A stretch of 57,900 bases of DNA, from NCBI GenBank assembly GCA_051047955.1, contig JBPGPT010000006.1:620001-677900 (forward strand), written 5' to 3'. The translations under genes were made by a program, and so were the position numbers. This stretch comes from Cystobasidiomycetes sp. EMM_F5 (Eukaryota). The notes below the pieces were generated by a model that worked only from the letters and a program-made list of their open reading frames with translations, searched no databases and was not told where the DNA came from. Positions 1 to 11,312 of the stretch are shown here, piece by piece (positions within the stretch are counted from its first letter, which is position 1; every line of letters starts with the position of its first letter).

Positions 1-847
1 CTGCGAATGCTAGCAATCTGGCAGCGATGGAAAGCGAGACGACTCCACCCACAAAGAGTGGTGACAAGCAACGAATATTTCTGCCAGGGTGAGTGTTTTG
101 ACGGTGCTGTATTCACTGAACTGCTGACAGGCCGCTTGTAGTGCTCCGCCTGGAATCTTGAATCGCTTCAATGTGCCTATTCCACGACCAAGTATCTCGG
201 ACGTGAGATCCTATACGGACGACCTGCAAACATCATCGACGCTCCACCGACGAGTTGTATATGCAGCTGATTTCGACGCCGATGACATGAAAAACCGGTA
301 CCTCTGCGTAGAGAGAGCCTATGAGTCGAATGATTCACCCAAAGGAGATGACGGGCTCATTTGGACAGGGCAAGCGCATAGAGAAGTGGCAGTCAACGTT
401 CTCATGCCTCACCGGTGCGAAGAGGTAGCCACTTGGTTGGGATATAGACTGACTCTGCGTGACAGGCCTGTTGACGTCCGCATGGCGCTAGTGGCGAGCC
501 AGCCAATTGATCCTTCCGTGTTAAGATCACTGTGAGTAATAGTACCGCTCGCGGTACCGCTCGCGGTGTCTTTCGCTGACGCGTATGGCAGGCCCATCAA
601 AAGCAAAGCATTCATGCCTGCAACGTTACAACATCTGGACACCACGTATTTTTTGCTCGATGACGTCTCCTTGCGCAAGATTCACTTTCATGGCGGCATC
701 GGCCATTGGACAGAATCAGAAGGTGTTGAGGCGATACTGGAGAAGAGCAAGCATCGGGGAGTGCAGAGTGCTGGCTTCTTAATAAGGACCCGCTGTGGCT
801 TGGATCGGCTAGATTCCATCATCGATGCCGTTCAGCGTTGTTGTTGA
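1..847 (+). CDS. Hypothetical protein, multi-exon, probably truncated at the window's left edge
   Basis: ORFs 158-535 and 566-847 can be joined through GT..CTGAC..AG introns (~90-141, ~415-465, ~532-591) into one frame ending at TGA 845-847. No family recognised. Confidence 0.5.
542..567 (+). repeat. Perfect 12-bp tandem duplication (GTACCGCTCGCG x2) inside an intron
   Basis: Read directly: gtaccgctcgcg gtaccgctcgcg gt. Confidence 0.9.
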
Positions 848-1970
848 ATATGTAGCTGTCGTTGGAAAGATGTGGTCGGTTGAAAAAGTATTACTGAATC
901 ACATCATAGTTGCAGGAGCTCGCACACCGATGTAAAGCCTTCAGCTGACTGGTCTTCCTCTCTACCCACGACGATACGCTGCTCGTCTGTTCCCAATGAT
1001 TGCTTCGTATAGGTTATGAGTTCGACATGCTCGTTACTTCAGTACAAAACCAGCAGGAGCAGTCTGATTTCTTCATTATGCGGGCTGTACCTGTTCTTTG
1101 TCGACAAGAAGACGATGAAGAATTCCAAGGCGGATCCTCTCAGTTACTGAATTTATGAAGACACAACCCAATAAAAACTACGGTCAAAGAGTACGAGGTG
1201 TCAACTCTGCGTTTCGAAGCATACGGCACCGTCCCTTCTCGCACAGAGTTTCGTACCGAACATCAGGAGGCGATACCTCGATCCATCACTACCTTGACGC
1301 TGCAGCAGCTGGTCGCGCGATTTGGCACAACCTCAACGCGCCGCACGAGGAACTGTTCGGCTGCCGCAATATGTGGGGATCCGAACCGTTCTGTGACATG
1401 TTTTACCAAATATATATTACAATAAGCCGAAGACCGACAATGCATTGACTCTCGATAACTCAGGTACGCCTCCACAATCAGAGAAGCAAGTGACGCAATC
1501 TAATACCTCTACCTAACAGTTGGCAGAGTGTGGGACTGTAATGGAATCGATTATCCCAATGTCACCCGTTCGATCCGGGTTCGAGAGAATAAGCACGGTC
1601 GTCTTGGCACATCTTTTTTGTCCAGGGGTCATTGTACGGTCCTTTTTCTCGCCAAGGCAATGATCCTGAGTTTCGTTACGGAAGGTGATAGCTGTAACAG
1701 GAGTAACAGATTCTGTACTTTTCAGTGCCCGAATTTGCATAGACGCTTTCTCCCTCGCCTTTACAGGCAACATTCATCTGATAACATCTATTCAGCCAAT
1801 CCTGCTTTTGTCTGAATTTACTGCAGATTTACCTCTGGTAGCCTATTCCCACATCTTCCCGTGCATTGACTTAGCGATGTCATCTCTCTCGGTTCGTGGG
1901 CGGCTGCCCATCTAATCCTACTCGACTTTGCCACATCTCGACTTTGAGCCGACCAGGATATTCCACAAAC

Positions 1971-3452
1971 ATGAGCCAATTCTCGTTCGGGCAGGCTTCA
2001 CAGCAGCAGACCAAGCCGTCGACGTATGTAGCGTCCTATGATATGCTGAACTTTTCCCTAATTTCAAAAACAGCTTCTCGTTCGGCGCGCCAACGCCGTC
2101 TGCAACAACCACACCTGCACCCAGCTTCAGCTTCGGGAACACAAGTACAGTTGCACCTTCAGCATCCACTGCCGCGGCTCCTAGCTTCTCATTCGGAAAC
2201 ACTCAGTCACAACAGCCAGCCGCACAAGCGCCCAAACCAGGCGGGTTTAGTTTCGGCACTCCAACGACCCAGCAACAATCCACGCAATCGCAAGCACCTT
2301 CTTTCAGCTTTGGGGGCTTTGGGAAACCTGCAGCAACAACAACTGCTGCTGCACCTGCCCCGTTCAGTTTCGGCAATGCCACCGCGAGCACAAGTGCAGC
2401 TACAAGTCAACCGCCCAAGTTCAGCTTCGGTCAACCTGCTTCTACAACGACGAATGCACCTACGCTAAATTTTGGGTACGCGGAGTCATTCCTGGTGCTG
2501 CATTGACAATGTCATGCCGCTAAATTTGTCAAACAGAGCGTCTTCTTCCCAACAGCCTGCACTTGGTGCGACCGCGACTACGGCTTCGACTGCGCCGATA
2601 ACTAAATCAACACGATTCGAAGATCTTCCAGAAGGAGCTAGGCGAATCATCGAGGAGACCGAGTATGTTTCTTCAATTTCTGCTTTGATGAAACCTGCTT
2701 GATGTCAGTCGATAGAACCTTCATTCAAGGACGAATAGCAATCTATGATGAGCTAAAGTCACAGAAATTAGGCAAAGATATTGAAGAGACGTCCCTGCTT
2801 CTCCGACAGCTCAGCCATGAGTTTGCAGCCCTCAGCAATCACTTGTCGCATGACAGCCGGCATACAGCAGATGTCAGAAGTCGTTTTGAGCAGAGCCTTC
2901 GCGATGCTGTCAAAGCGGTACAGATCATAGACTCTTATAGAGCTCCTCCAGTCGTGCAGCCTGGAGGGGTGCAAACGCAGCCGCAGAGACCGCATCCTAA
3001 TTTCTTACAAGAGTAAGCCAGTAACGCAGTTTTATTGCATGCAACTGATGTATGCCGCGCGACAGGCTCTTCAAGCGCAAAGCGGATGAGATGTCGAGAA
3101 GGCTGGCTACATACAAGACGAGTATTGAGCAAGTGCAGTCACAGCTTTCAAGATCAGATCCCGATCAAGTCAAAGGTGAGTCGGTGGATTGACAACGCGG
3201 CTGCCTTCTGAAATTATATGGAACGCCTCAGCCATCCTACCTACCTTGCGTGCGCAACATACGGCGACGTTGCAATTGGCCAGCAAGATGGCGATGCTCG
3301 AGGGTAGTATAACAGAATTGAAGGACGAGTACCGGGATTTATGGCGAGAGCGAACAGGAAGCGTCCGAGACCCTTTCATCGAACGCCGGCGAGAAATATT
3401 GGGTGTAGAGAATGGTGTCTTAGATGCGGTTGGTGGTATGGCGATACGTTGA
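1971..3452 (+). CDS. FG-repeat nucleoporin, Nup49/Nup58 family
   Basis: Starts MSQFSFGQ and has many FSFG repeats with T/A/Q spacers. These are followed by 'TKSTRFEDLP', a coiled coil and a C-terminal 'WRERTGSVRDPF'. Several short introns. Confidence 0.8.
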
Positions 3453-3637
3453 TGTGGTGCTATCGTGACTATCACATTCCCTACACGAAAGTCGACATTG
3501 ATCGCATATTTCAATGTAGACGAGGATGTGGGACGCTTCTGCGAAGAACAGGACAGCACTGACAGCTGACATGATGAATCTATGGTGCACTAGCACCCCT
3601 CTTTTGCTCGTATGGCTACAACATGGTCTATGAGGAC

Positions 3638-3664
3638 AAGCTAAGCTACAAGCTACAAGCTACA
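3638..3664. repeat. 7-bp tandem repeat (AAGCTAC x3 plus partial) between convergent 3' ends
   Basis: aagct aagctac aagctac aagctac a. Confidence 0.85.
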
Positions 3665-3790
3665 GGATGTATCAACTTCCAAAGATCGAACTAGCGAACT
3701 GATGCATGATGCTATGCTGAACAAATGGTCGCCACGACGGCGGAATAATGCGAATAACGAAGGGAAGAGTTTTATGCATCGCAGGGAGAT

Positions 3791-4784
3791 CTAAAGAAGA
3801 GGCTGAGGTGCGACTTCTGCGAGAGTGTTGCCTCGCGCCTCATCGCGAATGCGCTGCTCGCGCTCGCGCTTCTTTTTGTTGAAAGCTGCGCGCATTTTGA
3901 AGTCTATGCAATAAAAGGGGAGTTAGCTTACTTAGGCAATTATCACATAACGACTTTAACCTACAGTCCTTGTGGAGGCCACACTCCGTCTTTTCTGCTC
4001 GTCCAGCCCATCTTCCTGATCTCTCTGCAGCATCACCGTCAAGACCCTTGATAACGACGCCGTTTGGTGTTTTGGTCGAATGCCAGTCGCCGATGCTGGT
4101 ATAACCTTGATCGAGGAGCGCATTGTAAGGTACATTGTTTGCATCAATGTATGCTTTTGTATCCTTGAAGGTCCAATTGGCGAGCGGATTGATCTTTATT
4201 AAGCCAGTCTCATCGACCTCTATTATCGGGATGGAGGCTCGGTCTCCGCCTTGTGATCTCCTGCGACCGGTGATGACTCCTCCGACATTGAGCTCCTCGT
4301 ACGCTCTCCTGGACGGCTCCACCTTTACTAAGAAATCGTAGCTCTCCTCGTCGACTTCCCACAGCTTCTCGCCATAGATGGCTTCGAACTGTGCGACTGA
4401 TTGAGCGGCTGGCGGCATGTAGACGTGCATCTCGGCGCCGTACTTTTGGCTGGCTTCGGCGGCAAGACTCAAGGTTTCGGGAAAGTGGTAGAGCGTGTTT
4501 ATGAAGATGAGGGGAACGAGATGCTTTCCAGCCGGTGACAGCTTGTGAATCATGTCGAGCGCCGCCAGTCCCGTCAGACCAAAGGCAGTCGTCTGGAAGA
4601 GGCGAGGTACGTGGGCGATGGCCCAAGCCAAAATTTCTTGAGGGTCGGCATTAGCCAGGCGAAGGTTCACTTCTGCCAGGTCGGCTGCTGTCAAGGCTGG
4701 ATGTCCGACAGAAGTTCGCTCTTGCAGTGACGCTTGCGTCGGGACTTGCTCGCCGTAGACGACGTTTGCTTCGTGGGCCTGCAT
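3791..4784 (-). CDS. MET16: PAPS (phosphoadenylyl-sulfate) reductase
   Basis: Motifs QTTAFGLTG, FINTLYHFPET, TGRRRSQG, KINPLANW, GYTSIGDWHST, ERSGRW and TECGLH. The last intron (~3908-3962) leads to a stop at 3791. ATG 4784 is chosen over the longer ORF-track start. Confidence 0.93.
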
Positions 4785-5120
4785 GGTTACGAAGAAGAAG
4801 GGGATGTCGTGAACTTGCAGAAAGCACAGAATGACGTTTGCAGGAAAAGAAAGAAGGTGCACCGCTGTTCTTTGAAGGTCTTGAAATTCTTTGTAATCCC
4901 CAACTGCTGCTGACTGAGCTAAATTACAAAAAAGCCCGTCTCTCTTTTTCCTGAGTAACAAGCTGGGCACGCCATCGCCGCGATCGGCCGGAATGCGCGG
5001 GACAGCCGGAGAGAGCGAGAGGGATTAGTCAGCAAGCAGGCTGCTGTGCCTGGCCGCTAGAGTGCGTCAGCGTTGTGTGGAGCTGCGGTCACTCTGCACA
5101 CGAACAATTTGAAATTGATA

Positions 5121-6347
5121 ATGTCGCTCACAGCAAGTCTTACTCGCCCGGTATTGCAGTCCTGCGGAGGTAAACGGGCCGCAAGCTCCGTCTGGCAGTT
5201 TACAGCCAAAAGAAGCCTTTGGAGTGGCCATGGCGCAAGAACCACAACCACGTCGTCCTCGCTCCTGTCCTCTGTCGGAAGCAGCAGTCGGATAGGGCAT
5301 GCCTCACCTTTTGCAAGCGCCTTCAAGGGCAAGGCATCCCAACAGGCTCGCACAGTCGCGGCCTTAACCGATGGACAGATGATTACCCGACCAGACAATG
5401 CAGAGAAGTGGAAGCGGATAGCAGCGACTTCAGCAGCAATTTTGGGAGGAGTTGGAGCCTTGACGTGGTTCAACAACCGTGAAACGCGAGATGGCCTGAC
5501 GCCATTCGAAGCATCATATCTAAACAAGACCTTTTCCTACGTTGGAGTTGGGCTTGGCATAACTGCCGCATCAGCATTCGCTCTACATCGTAGCGGTGTG
5601 AGCTATCGCATCATGCGAGCGAATCCCTGGGTCGTTATCGGAGGATCTTTGGTCGCCACCGTTGGCTGCATGTACATGGCATACTCGACATCTCCAGCTA
5701 GTACTGGAGCAAAGCACTTCTGGTGGAGTGCATTCAACGTTGCACAAAGTGCGACTCTCAGCCCTCTTCTGTATGTCATACATTTGCCGAGCCGTATGAG
5801 AGAGTACACTGATGTGACAGGTACAGCTTCTTCCAGCCTGCCTTGTTGGCCAGAGCGGGCTTATACACGCTGGGATTAGTAGGATCGCTTGCGTACGTAG
5901 GTGCCACAGCACGCAGTGATCAGTATCTCTACATCGGAGGACCATTGTTCGCTGGACTTTGCGTAGTCGCGCTCAGTTCACTGGCGCCTCTCGTCTTGCC
6001 TGTCGGTACCGCTGCATTGGCGGTGACGGAAGGCATATCGCTGTACGGCGGCTTGGCCGTCTTTGGAGGCTTGTAAGTACACGTCTCGTCTTAACAATGG
6101 GCGTATCTTGAGAAGCGACGATATGTCACAGCGTGCTCTTCGATACCCAGAAGGTATTGGAACGCGCTCGAGCCGCAGAGACTGGTCTCGTGAAGAGCGA
6201 TCCGGTTGCAGAGTCGTAAGTCATCGTGTTGTTATGATTTACGATTGCGTCGCTGATTGTCCCTTAAATAGCATTCGCTTCGAGCTTGATATCATCAACA
6301 TATTCGTTAGGCTCGTTCACATTCTAGGAGGACAGCAAAGAAAGTAA
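5121..6347 (+). CDS. Bax inhibitor-1 family mitochondrial membrane protein (GHITM/MICS1-like)
   Basis: Arg/Ser-rich presequence, then [40 protein letters not shown] and [11 protein letters not shown]. Three introns. Confidence 0.88.
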
Positions 6348-6564
6348 TAATAAGCAAGGTCATATAGCAACAGTCCTGTCATTGTATATTAAAAGCAGAC
6401 TCCCAGTTCATTCTCACGAGGCCCGGTTCCTGACCGGGAGTCTCGCATTGCTCAAGTTTACATGCTCATGCTCTCGCCTCTCGACATTACTTTGGCAAAC
6501 CTCAACCGACTTCCATCCTACATCTGCTTCATACACACATCAGCTGAAGTGCCCTGTGAATCGC

Positions 6565-9500
6565 ATGCAAAGCGTGCTCCGACAGGCCACAAACAGCATC
6601 GTCACCACAATGCCGCGCCGCCAATTTCAAGTACCTTCCGGGCCATACCCTATGCACGGCTTGTTGCCAAAAGATGAGACTCAGGCTTCCGCATTCCTCA
6701 AGCAATATCCAGAGTATGACGGTCGCAATATTCGCGTGGCCGTACTCGATACTGGCGTCGACCCAGCAGCTTTCGGCCTCAATGGCAAGGGCAAGATGGT
6801 AGATATTATCGACTGCACTGGTCCGTGTATTTCATTCAACTTGGTCACATTGTTCCACTAAGCTGACCGGCATTTGTTTTGGGTAGGTTCTGGTGATATC
6901 CCATTGAAAGCCGTGGAGCCAAACAGTGCGGCGGCCACCAAGACTGCTGCAGATAATGCCATCTCTCTACCAGGCCTATCAGGGCGTAGTCTGCTCGTAT
7001 CGCCTTCGTGGTCCAACCCAACTGGCAAGTGGAAAGTCGGGCTCAAACGAGCCTTTGATCTATGGCCTCGAGATCTGGTCAAGCGCCGTAAGCAGGAGAG
7101 GCAGCCTGAATGGGATGTCAAGATAGCCAAGCTGCTGAGCGAAGCGAAGAAGTCACTTGACGATTTTGCGCGCGAGACACAGGCAAAGAAGTCTGCAAAC
7201 TCAAAGCAAGCCAAGGCAGATGATGCGCAGTCGAGAACGTCCGCTGCAACTGAAAAACTTGCGGACAAGGGAGAAGAGAGGGATTCCGAGGCCCAGAGAG
7301 AAACGGAACCGGACTCAATTGCCGACAAGCTCAAAAAGGCCGAGCTTGAGGCCAGGCTTAGTTACCTTACGGATTTCAGTCTCGACGACCCTGGTCCAAT
7401 ACTCGATGCAGTAGTTTGGCATGACGGAAAGGATTGGCGTTGCGTTGTCGGCGGGGCGGAAGGCGATGGCGAACAGAATATTGCCGCTCTAGCGGAGGAC
7501 AACCCCGCTATACTTGACTTGCGGAATCATAAGCCTATGACAGATTTTCGAAAGGAGAAACATTACGAACAGTTCGGCACGCAAGATCTCATGAGTTACT
7601 CCGTCAACATCGTCGACAATGGGGACATTCTCAGGTAATGCAGATATCTTTCGCCAATGTCCACCTTCGAGACTGACAAACAGGACGATCCAGCTTGGTT
7701 GCTGTCTCGGGAACGCACGGTACCCACGTTGCTGCTATTATCGGAGGGCATATTGATGGAAATTCCGACCTAAGCGGTGTTGCCCCCGGTGTCGAGATGG
7801 TCTCTCTTAAGATAGGGGATACCAGAGTGGGTTCACTGGAAACTGGACAAGCCCTCCTGCGAGCTACCAAGGCGATATTGTATGTCATTTGGACTTTCAC
7901 GTGCGGGCAACAAGCTAGAAGCTAATGAGCCTATCTCAGAGACACCGGTTGCGAGTACGTCTCGGCTGGAAACATTCATTGAGGGTTTCTCTGACCTGTT
8001 TACAGTATCTGTAATATGTCATACGGTGAAGATGCCGCTTGGGGAATGGAAGATAAGGGCCAATTTGTTCAACTATTGCGGGATGAGGTCATCAAGAGAC
8101 GGAACGTACTGTTTGTCGCTGCTGCTGGAAACGCAGGTTCGTGATTGTCGCAGTTCTTGTCAGAAAATCAGTCTTGAATTGATGGCTGTGATCATAGGTC
8201 CGGCTCTGTCAACGATAGGTGCACCCTCAACAACGTCGGGTATCATATCTGTTGGAGCGTACGAGACACCCGCCATGCAACAAGCTGAATACGCGCTGCT
8301 GGACGTGGTGCCAGAAGGACCATATACGTGGTCTTCCAGAGGTCCAACGTATGATGGTGCGAATGTCGTCGTGTACGCTCCGGGAGCGGCCATCACAGGT
8401 GTCCCCACGTACAACCTCCAACGGAGCCAGCTTATGAATGGCACGTCAATGGCGTCACCGAATGCATGCGGCGCCATTGCGCTCGTTCTGTCAGCCTTGA
8501 AAGCCGAGAAAATCCAATTCAGCCCGACCAGCGTCATCAAGGCTATCGGAGCTACTTCGAAGGACGTGGACGATCCTCAGAACGTGGGCCTTATACAAGT
8601 TGAGGCGCTGCACAAGTATCTTATTGCACACACGGAACATCCCGATGTGCATGCAGACTTCGAGATCAGCGTTATTCGACAAGGCAATCCCGCACCAGTG
8701 CTGAGCAAGCCAATCCACGAGAGAGGAGGCGATCGAGGTATTTACCTCCGCGAATTAGCAGAAACCAGCAGGCTGTTAGAAGCGGCGGTTTGGGTCAAGC
8801 CAACATTCTCGACAGATCGCGATACTGAAAAGCTGTACAATCTGGATATCAAGCTAGCTATCAGTGCAACAGAGGCATGGGTCCGCGCGCCGTCCTTCTT
8901 GTCTCTTCCAGGCGGAGGTATGGTCTGCGGTACGGCAACTATTCTAAACACTGACACCTGTACTGTGCAGGTCGAAATTTCAACATACGTGTCGATCCGA
9001 CGCAACTCCCGCCTGGACTTCATTATGCCGAAATTCGAGCTTACGATAGTAGTACACCAGGAAGACTTGTATTCATGGTCCCAGTAACGGTATGCAAGCC
9101 TGAGGTGGTTACAGCTCCTACACACAGCTTGAAGGAGTGGAAGTCCAGCCCGGGTCACATCGAACGCAGATTTTTAGCGGTACCTGAAGGAGCTACGCAA
9201 GCCGGTACGGTTGCTGTGAATGGACTACGAACGTGAGAATTGACAATATTTTACAGAAATGCGTGTGACTTCCCGCCATCATGATTCACCAGTCAACCTG
9301 TGGGTGCACTGTGTGCAGATACAGGCCGAGAAACGCCTTTCAAGGACTGAACAGCAATCAATATTGGCGTTGACTGCGGGAGAAACAATCGTGAAGACTT
9401 TCGAGGTTTCGCCAGGCCTTACTATGGAAGTTTGTGCTGTACGTTACGGACGTGATGCAAGGCGACAGGGCTCTGGCTAATCCTACCGCAGGCGCAATTC

Positions 9501-11167
9501 TGGAACTCGCTTCCCGTAGCGGAATTTACTGTCGAGTTCCAGTTTCACGGCCTTAATCTTGACACCGGCAAGTCTGTCTACGTTGTCGGAGGCGGCGAGT
9601 TCCCTCGCCTCCAGCTATCGAGTAAGATTCGCCTCGAGAATATCAGCCCCAGCATATCATTTGGTGCGCATGCTCATCGCCAATGTATGACCTTTCTAAC
9701 GCCGCTCTTTAAATTCGTTCAGACCGGACGCGAACATGCTTACGCCCTACAAAGAGCGAAGTCACACCTCTGGGCGAGAGAGATGTTATGCCAGACGGAA
9801 AGAGGTTGTACCAGCTCGTCAACACATACACCTTCAAACTCACGGAAAAGACAAAAATCAAACCGTTCTGGCCGATCACCGACAATCTATATGACACCGC
9901 TATGACCTCTCTTTCAGTGATTCTCGACTCTCGGCAGAAGCTAGTACAATTCGGCACTTGTTACGCCCAGGAATCCGAGCTAGAGAAGGGGGAGTACACG
10001 GCCAAACTTCAGCTACAACATCATGATTACAAGGCATTGGAGGCTCGCAAAGGTTTTGCCCTGACTTTAGAAGCGCAATTGTCAGAAAAGCTGAAGAAAT
10101 TAACGCTATCGGTTCACCGCGGTAGGTTACTGTGGTTTCTCTTTGACCATCTGTACTGACGCCCTGCAAGATCATATGGACGCGCAGCTTGGCAGTGAGG
10201 GCCTTGGGTTCAAGAACAACAAGATACCTCTCGGCGAGGTGCGCACACTCTGCCTCCTACACGACTATGGCTCATTTGCATTACAGGCACGCTCGATCGT
10301 ATTGAATACCGACTTGAAAGGTGATGCAAGCGATTTGTACAAGGTTGCAAAGGCAGGAGACAGCCTTCTTGGCAAATTCAACTTGAGTCCAAAGGCGACA
10401 GTCGATATCACCTATCTGATACCGCCGCAATCGAAGTCAAAGGAAGAGGAAGAGGGATCTAAAGATGATCCCTCTCTGATCGATCTACAATTATCCATCG
10501 TCGAAAAGATCAAATCTGATGACGAAAAGAGCAGCTTCCTTGAGCAGTTAATGCAAAGTCACGGAAGCTACCTTCCGCTGCTGGTTGTGCGGCTCAAATC
10601 GTTGAAGAAGGACGCCAAAGTGGAAGAGATCAACAAGGCCGCAGACGCGGTGTTGGCGCAAATCGATGAGACTGAGATGTCGAGTTATTTCGGCAAGAAA
10701 ACTAAGCCGGCGGCGGAACAGTCTTCGGAAGAGAAGAAGGTACACAAGGCATGGACGGAGAAGAAAGCGGCGTGGACAGCTGCTCTCGGCCGTAAATTAT
10801 CGACAAATGACACGTCGGGCGTAGATCAGGAAGGTCTCTACACAAAATATTACCAATTCCTAGATACACCTGATAAAGACCAGGAATTCCTGCTTCACCA
10901 AGCGAAGCGGGATATGAAACAGAAAGTAAGTATTCCTTTAGCGTTTGCTCTTGTCTATCTGTTATTAATTGAAGATATTCGCAGCGATATGCTTCAGCGC
11001 TAAAGACGCTTGGCAAGATGCTTCCGGAGGCAAGTGATAAGGCAAAATATGCAGAAATCACCGAATTGCAGCGTTCGTGCTTGAGGCATCTTGATTGGCT
11101 GGCAATCTCAGAGTACGAAGCGAGATGGAGGCTCACCAAAGAGCCCACCATGGACTTAGTGTGGTGA
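6565..11167 (+). CDS. TPP2: Tripeptidyl-peptidase II (subtilisin family S8)
   Basis: [29 protein letters not shown] (Asp), HGTHVAAI (His), YTWSSRGP and [15 protein letters not shown] (Ser), followed by long TPPII C-terminal domains. More than 10 introns. Confidence 0.93.
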
Positions 11168-11312
11168 TCACAAGGCTATGCGCATCTGTATCCGTTACTA
11201 GAGTGCTTTATCGTGAATCAACAACAAATAGCTATGACGCTACATAACACGTCGATTATAACTACAACAACAGCTATATCGTTCCTGTCGCATCGGCACT
11301 TCACTGATGTGA

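Noticed and set aside
850..1900. Possible additional gene between the first CDS and the nucleoporin
   Set aside because: Protein-like fragments and splice signals occur on both strands, but no consistent model could be built. Left unresolved.
3571..3702. Box C/D snoRNA (ATGATGA...CTGA)
   Set aside because: No convincing terminal stem or recognisable rRNA guide, and it lies in convergent 3'UTRs containing a simple repeat.
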